Assembly: GCA_963665115.1 (NCBI GenBank)
Contig: OY762007.1
Span: 3,584,001 to 3,648,000, forward strand
DNA length: 64,000 nucleotides
Reading direction: 5' to 3'
Source of the DNA: an uncultured Rivularia sp.
Lineage (GTDB): Bacteria > Cyanobacteriota > Cyanobacteriia > Cyanobacteriales > Nostocaceae
The position numbers and the translations under genes were made by a program. Within the stretch, counting starts at the first letter, position 1, and every line of letters begins with the position of its first letter. Positions 63,045 to 64,000 of the stretch are shown piece after piece. The notes under the pieces were generated by a model that did no database searches, was not told the origin of the DNA, and saw nothing but the letters and a program-made list of their open reading frames with translations.

Positions 63045-63621
63045 AATTAATGGGCATGGAGAATTGGGCATTGGGCATTGGGCATTGGGAATTGGGTATT
63101 AACCTTTAACCTTTGACCTTTAACCTCTAACCTTTTATTGCACGACTTCTACTAATGTACCTATTTTTACGACCTTATATAATTCTTCCACATCTTTATT
63201 TTTTAATGACGGACAACCCAAAGTCCAATTTTGTTGATTATCTATCACATAAAACTTCCGCAACATCCCTAAGAGGGAAAATAAATCGCAAGCGAGCTAG
63301 TAGAAAATATAGTGCAGATGTGCTAAAAATTAAAAGCAAAATTATTTTTATCTGTTTTTGATATTTAAATTCACTTGACTTAAAGTAATAATGAATGGTC
63401 GCAATTGTCACAAAATTTGGGTGGTGCGTGACACTACAAACCTTATTACTACGTTGATAATCAGTTAAAGTGTCACAGCACCCTACAACGAAAATATGCC
63501 AGTTGCGTAAGTCTTAGATTTAATCAAAAAATTTATAAATTAAGAAAAGCCCCCCTTTGATAAGGGGGGTTGGGGGGATATTCCCTATGCCCCATGCCCC
63601 ATGCCCAATCCCCAATTCCCA

Positions 63622-64000
63622 ATGAACAAAGAAATGCGCCGCGACTTTGACAACCGTGAAGAATTAATCGCTTACCTCAAACAAGAATTTCCCGAAGTTG
63701 CAAAACGAGACGAAACACATCAGCGAAACCGTAGGTGGACGAAAAGCCGCCGAAAAAGCATTAGAAAAAGTAGATCCCAGAAAATACGGGAAAACACGTA
63801 ATTTTTTAACTGGCGGTGTTACCAGACTTTCCGCTTATCTGCGCTACGGTGTTCTCAGTTTGGCAGAAGTACGAGACTTCGCCTTAAATAGAGCTAGCAA
63901 CGATAACGATGCCACAAAGTTAGTTAACGAATTAGGCTGGCGCGATTATTGGCAAAGATTATATGTAAAACTCGGCGATAAAATTTGGGAAGATAGAGAA
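63622..64000 (+). CDS. Photolyase-like FAD-binding domain protein, partial, +1 frameshift at ~63715
   Basis: After removing one A the frame reads GGRKAA...YGKTRNFLTGGVTRLSAYLRYG...ELGWRDYWQ to the window end. Confidence 0.78.

Noticed and set aside
1107..63361. Short antisense or overlapping ORFs in the ORF track (e.g. 2483-2734, 46730-47134, 54910-55317, 34795-35064, 53394-53897)
   Set aside because: They shadow confident genes or translate repeats (NYQLPIT, PMPNAQ patterns)
1..64000. tRNA, rRNA, integrase or prophage genes
   Set aside because: None recognised by eye

Overview
AT-rich chromosomal segment of a filamentous Nostocales cyanobacterium, probably Rivularia/Calothrix-like (many HIP1 GCGATCGC sites, heptamer tandem repeats, GTAG-type palindromes, cyanobacterial gene content). 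Most genes are ordinary: tocopherol synthesis, KtrAB, ClC, CobA/HemD, CoaE, TldD/PmbA, a porin, kinases and a SulP-USP-BicA cluster. Four regions stand out. (1) 14.8-21.6 kb: a MoxR/vWA ternary conflict system with an inactive STAND protein and a CHAT protease that share one helical adaptor domain; its FGE/CLec gene ends in what looks like a diversity-generating retroelement (DGR) variable region plus hairpin, with no RT or template in the window. (2) 54.1-61.4 kb: KamA-like radical SAM, divergent Ddl-like ATP-grasp, MurJ, VanW and an Ldh_2 reductase, a candidate uncharacterised cell-wall precursor modification locus. (3) 0.1-1.9 kb: unknown protein, small Cys-rich protein and a C-terminally short peptide deformylase. 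(4) Modular miniature elements made of terminal-repeat shells around palindromic cargo, including a five-unit tandem array at 53.5-54.1 kb. Several frameshifts, three of them at GGGGCC, look like sequencing errors. All calls come from motif recognition by eye; no database searches were run.
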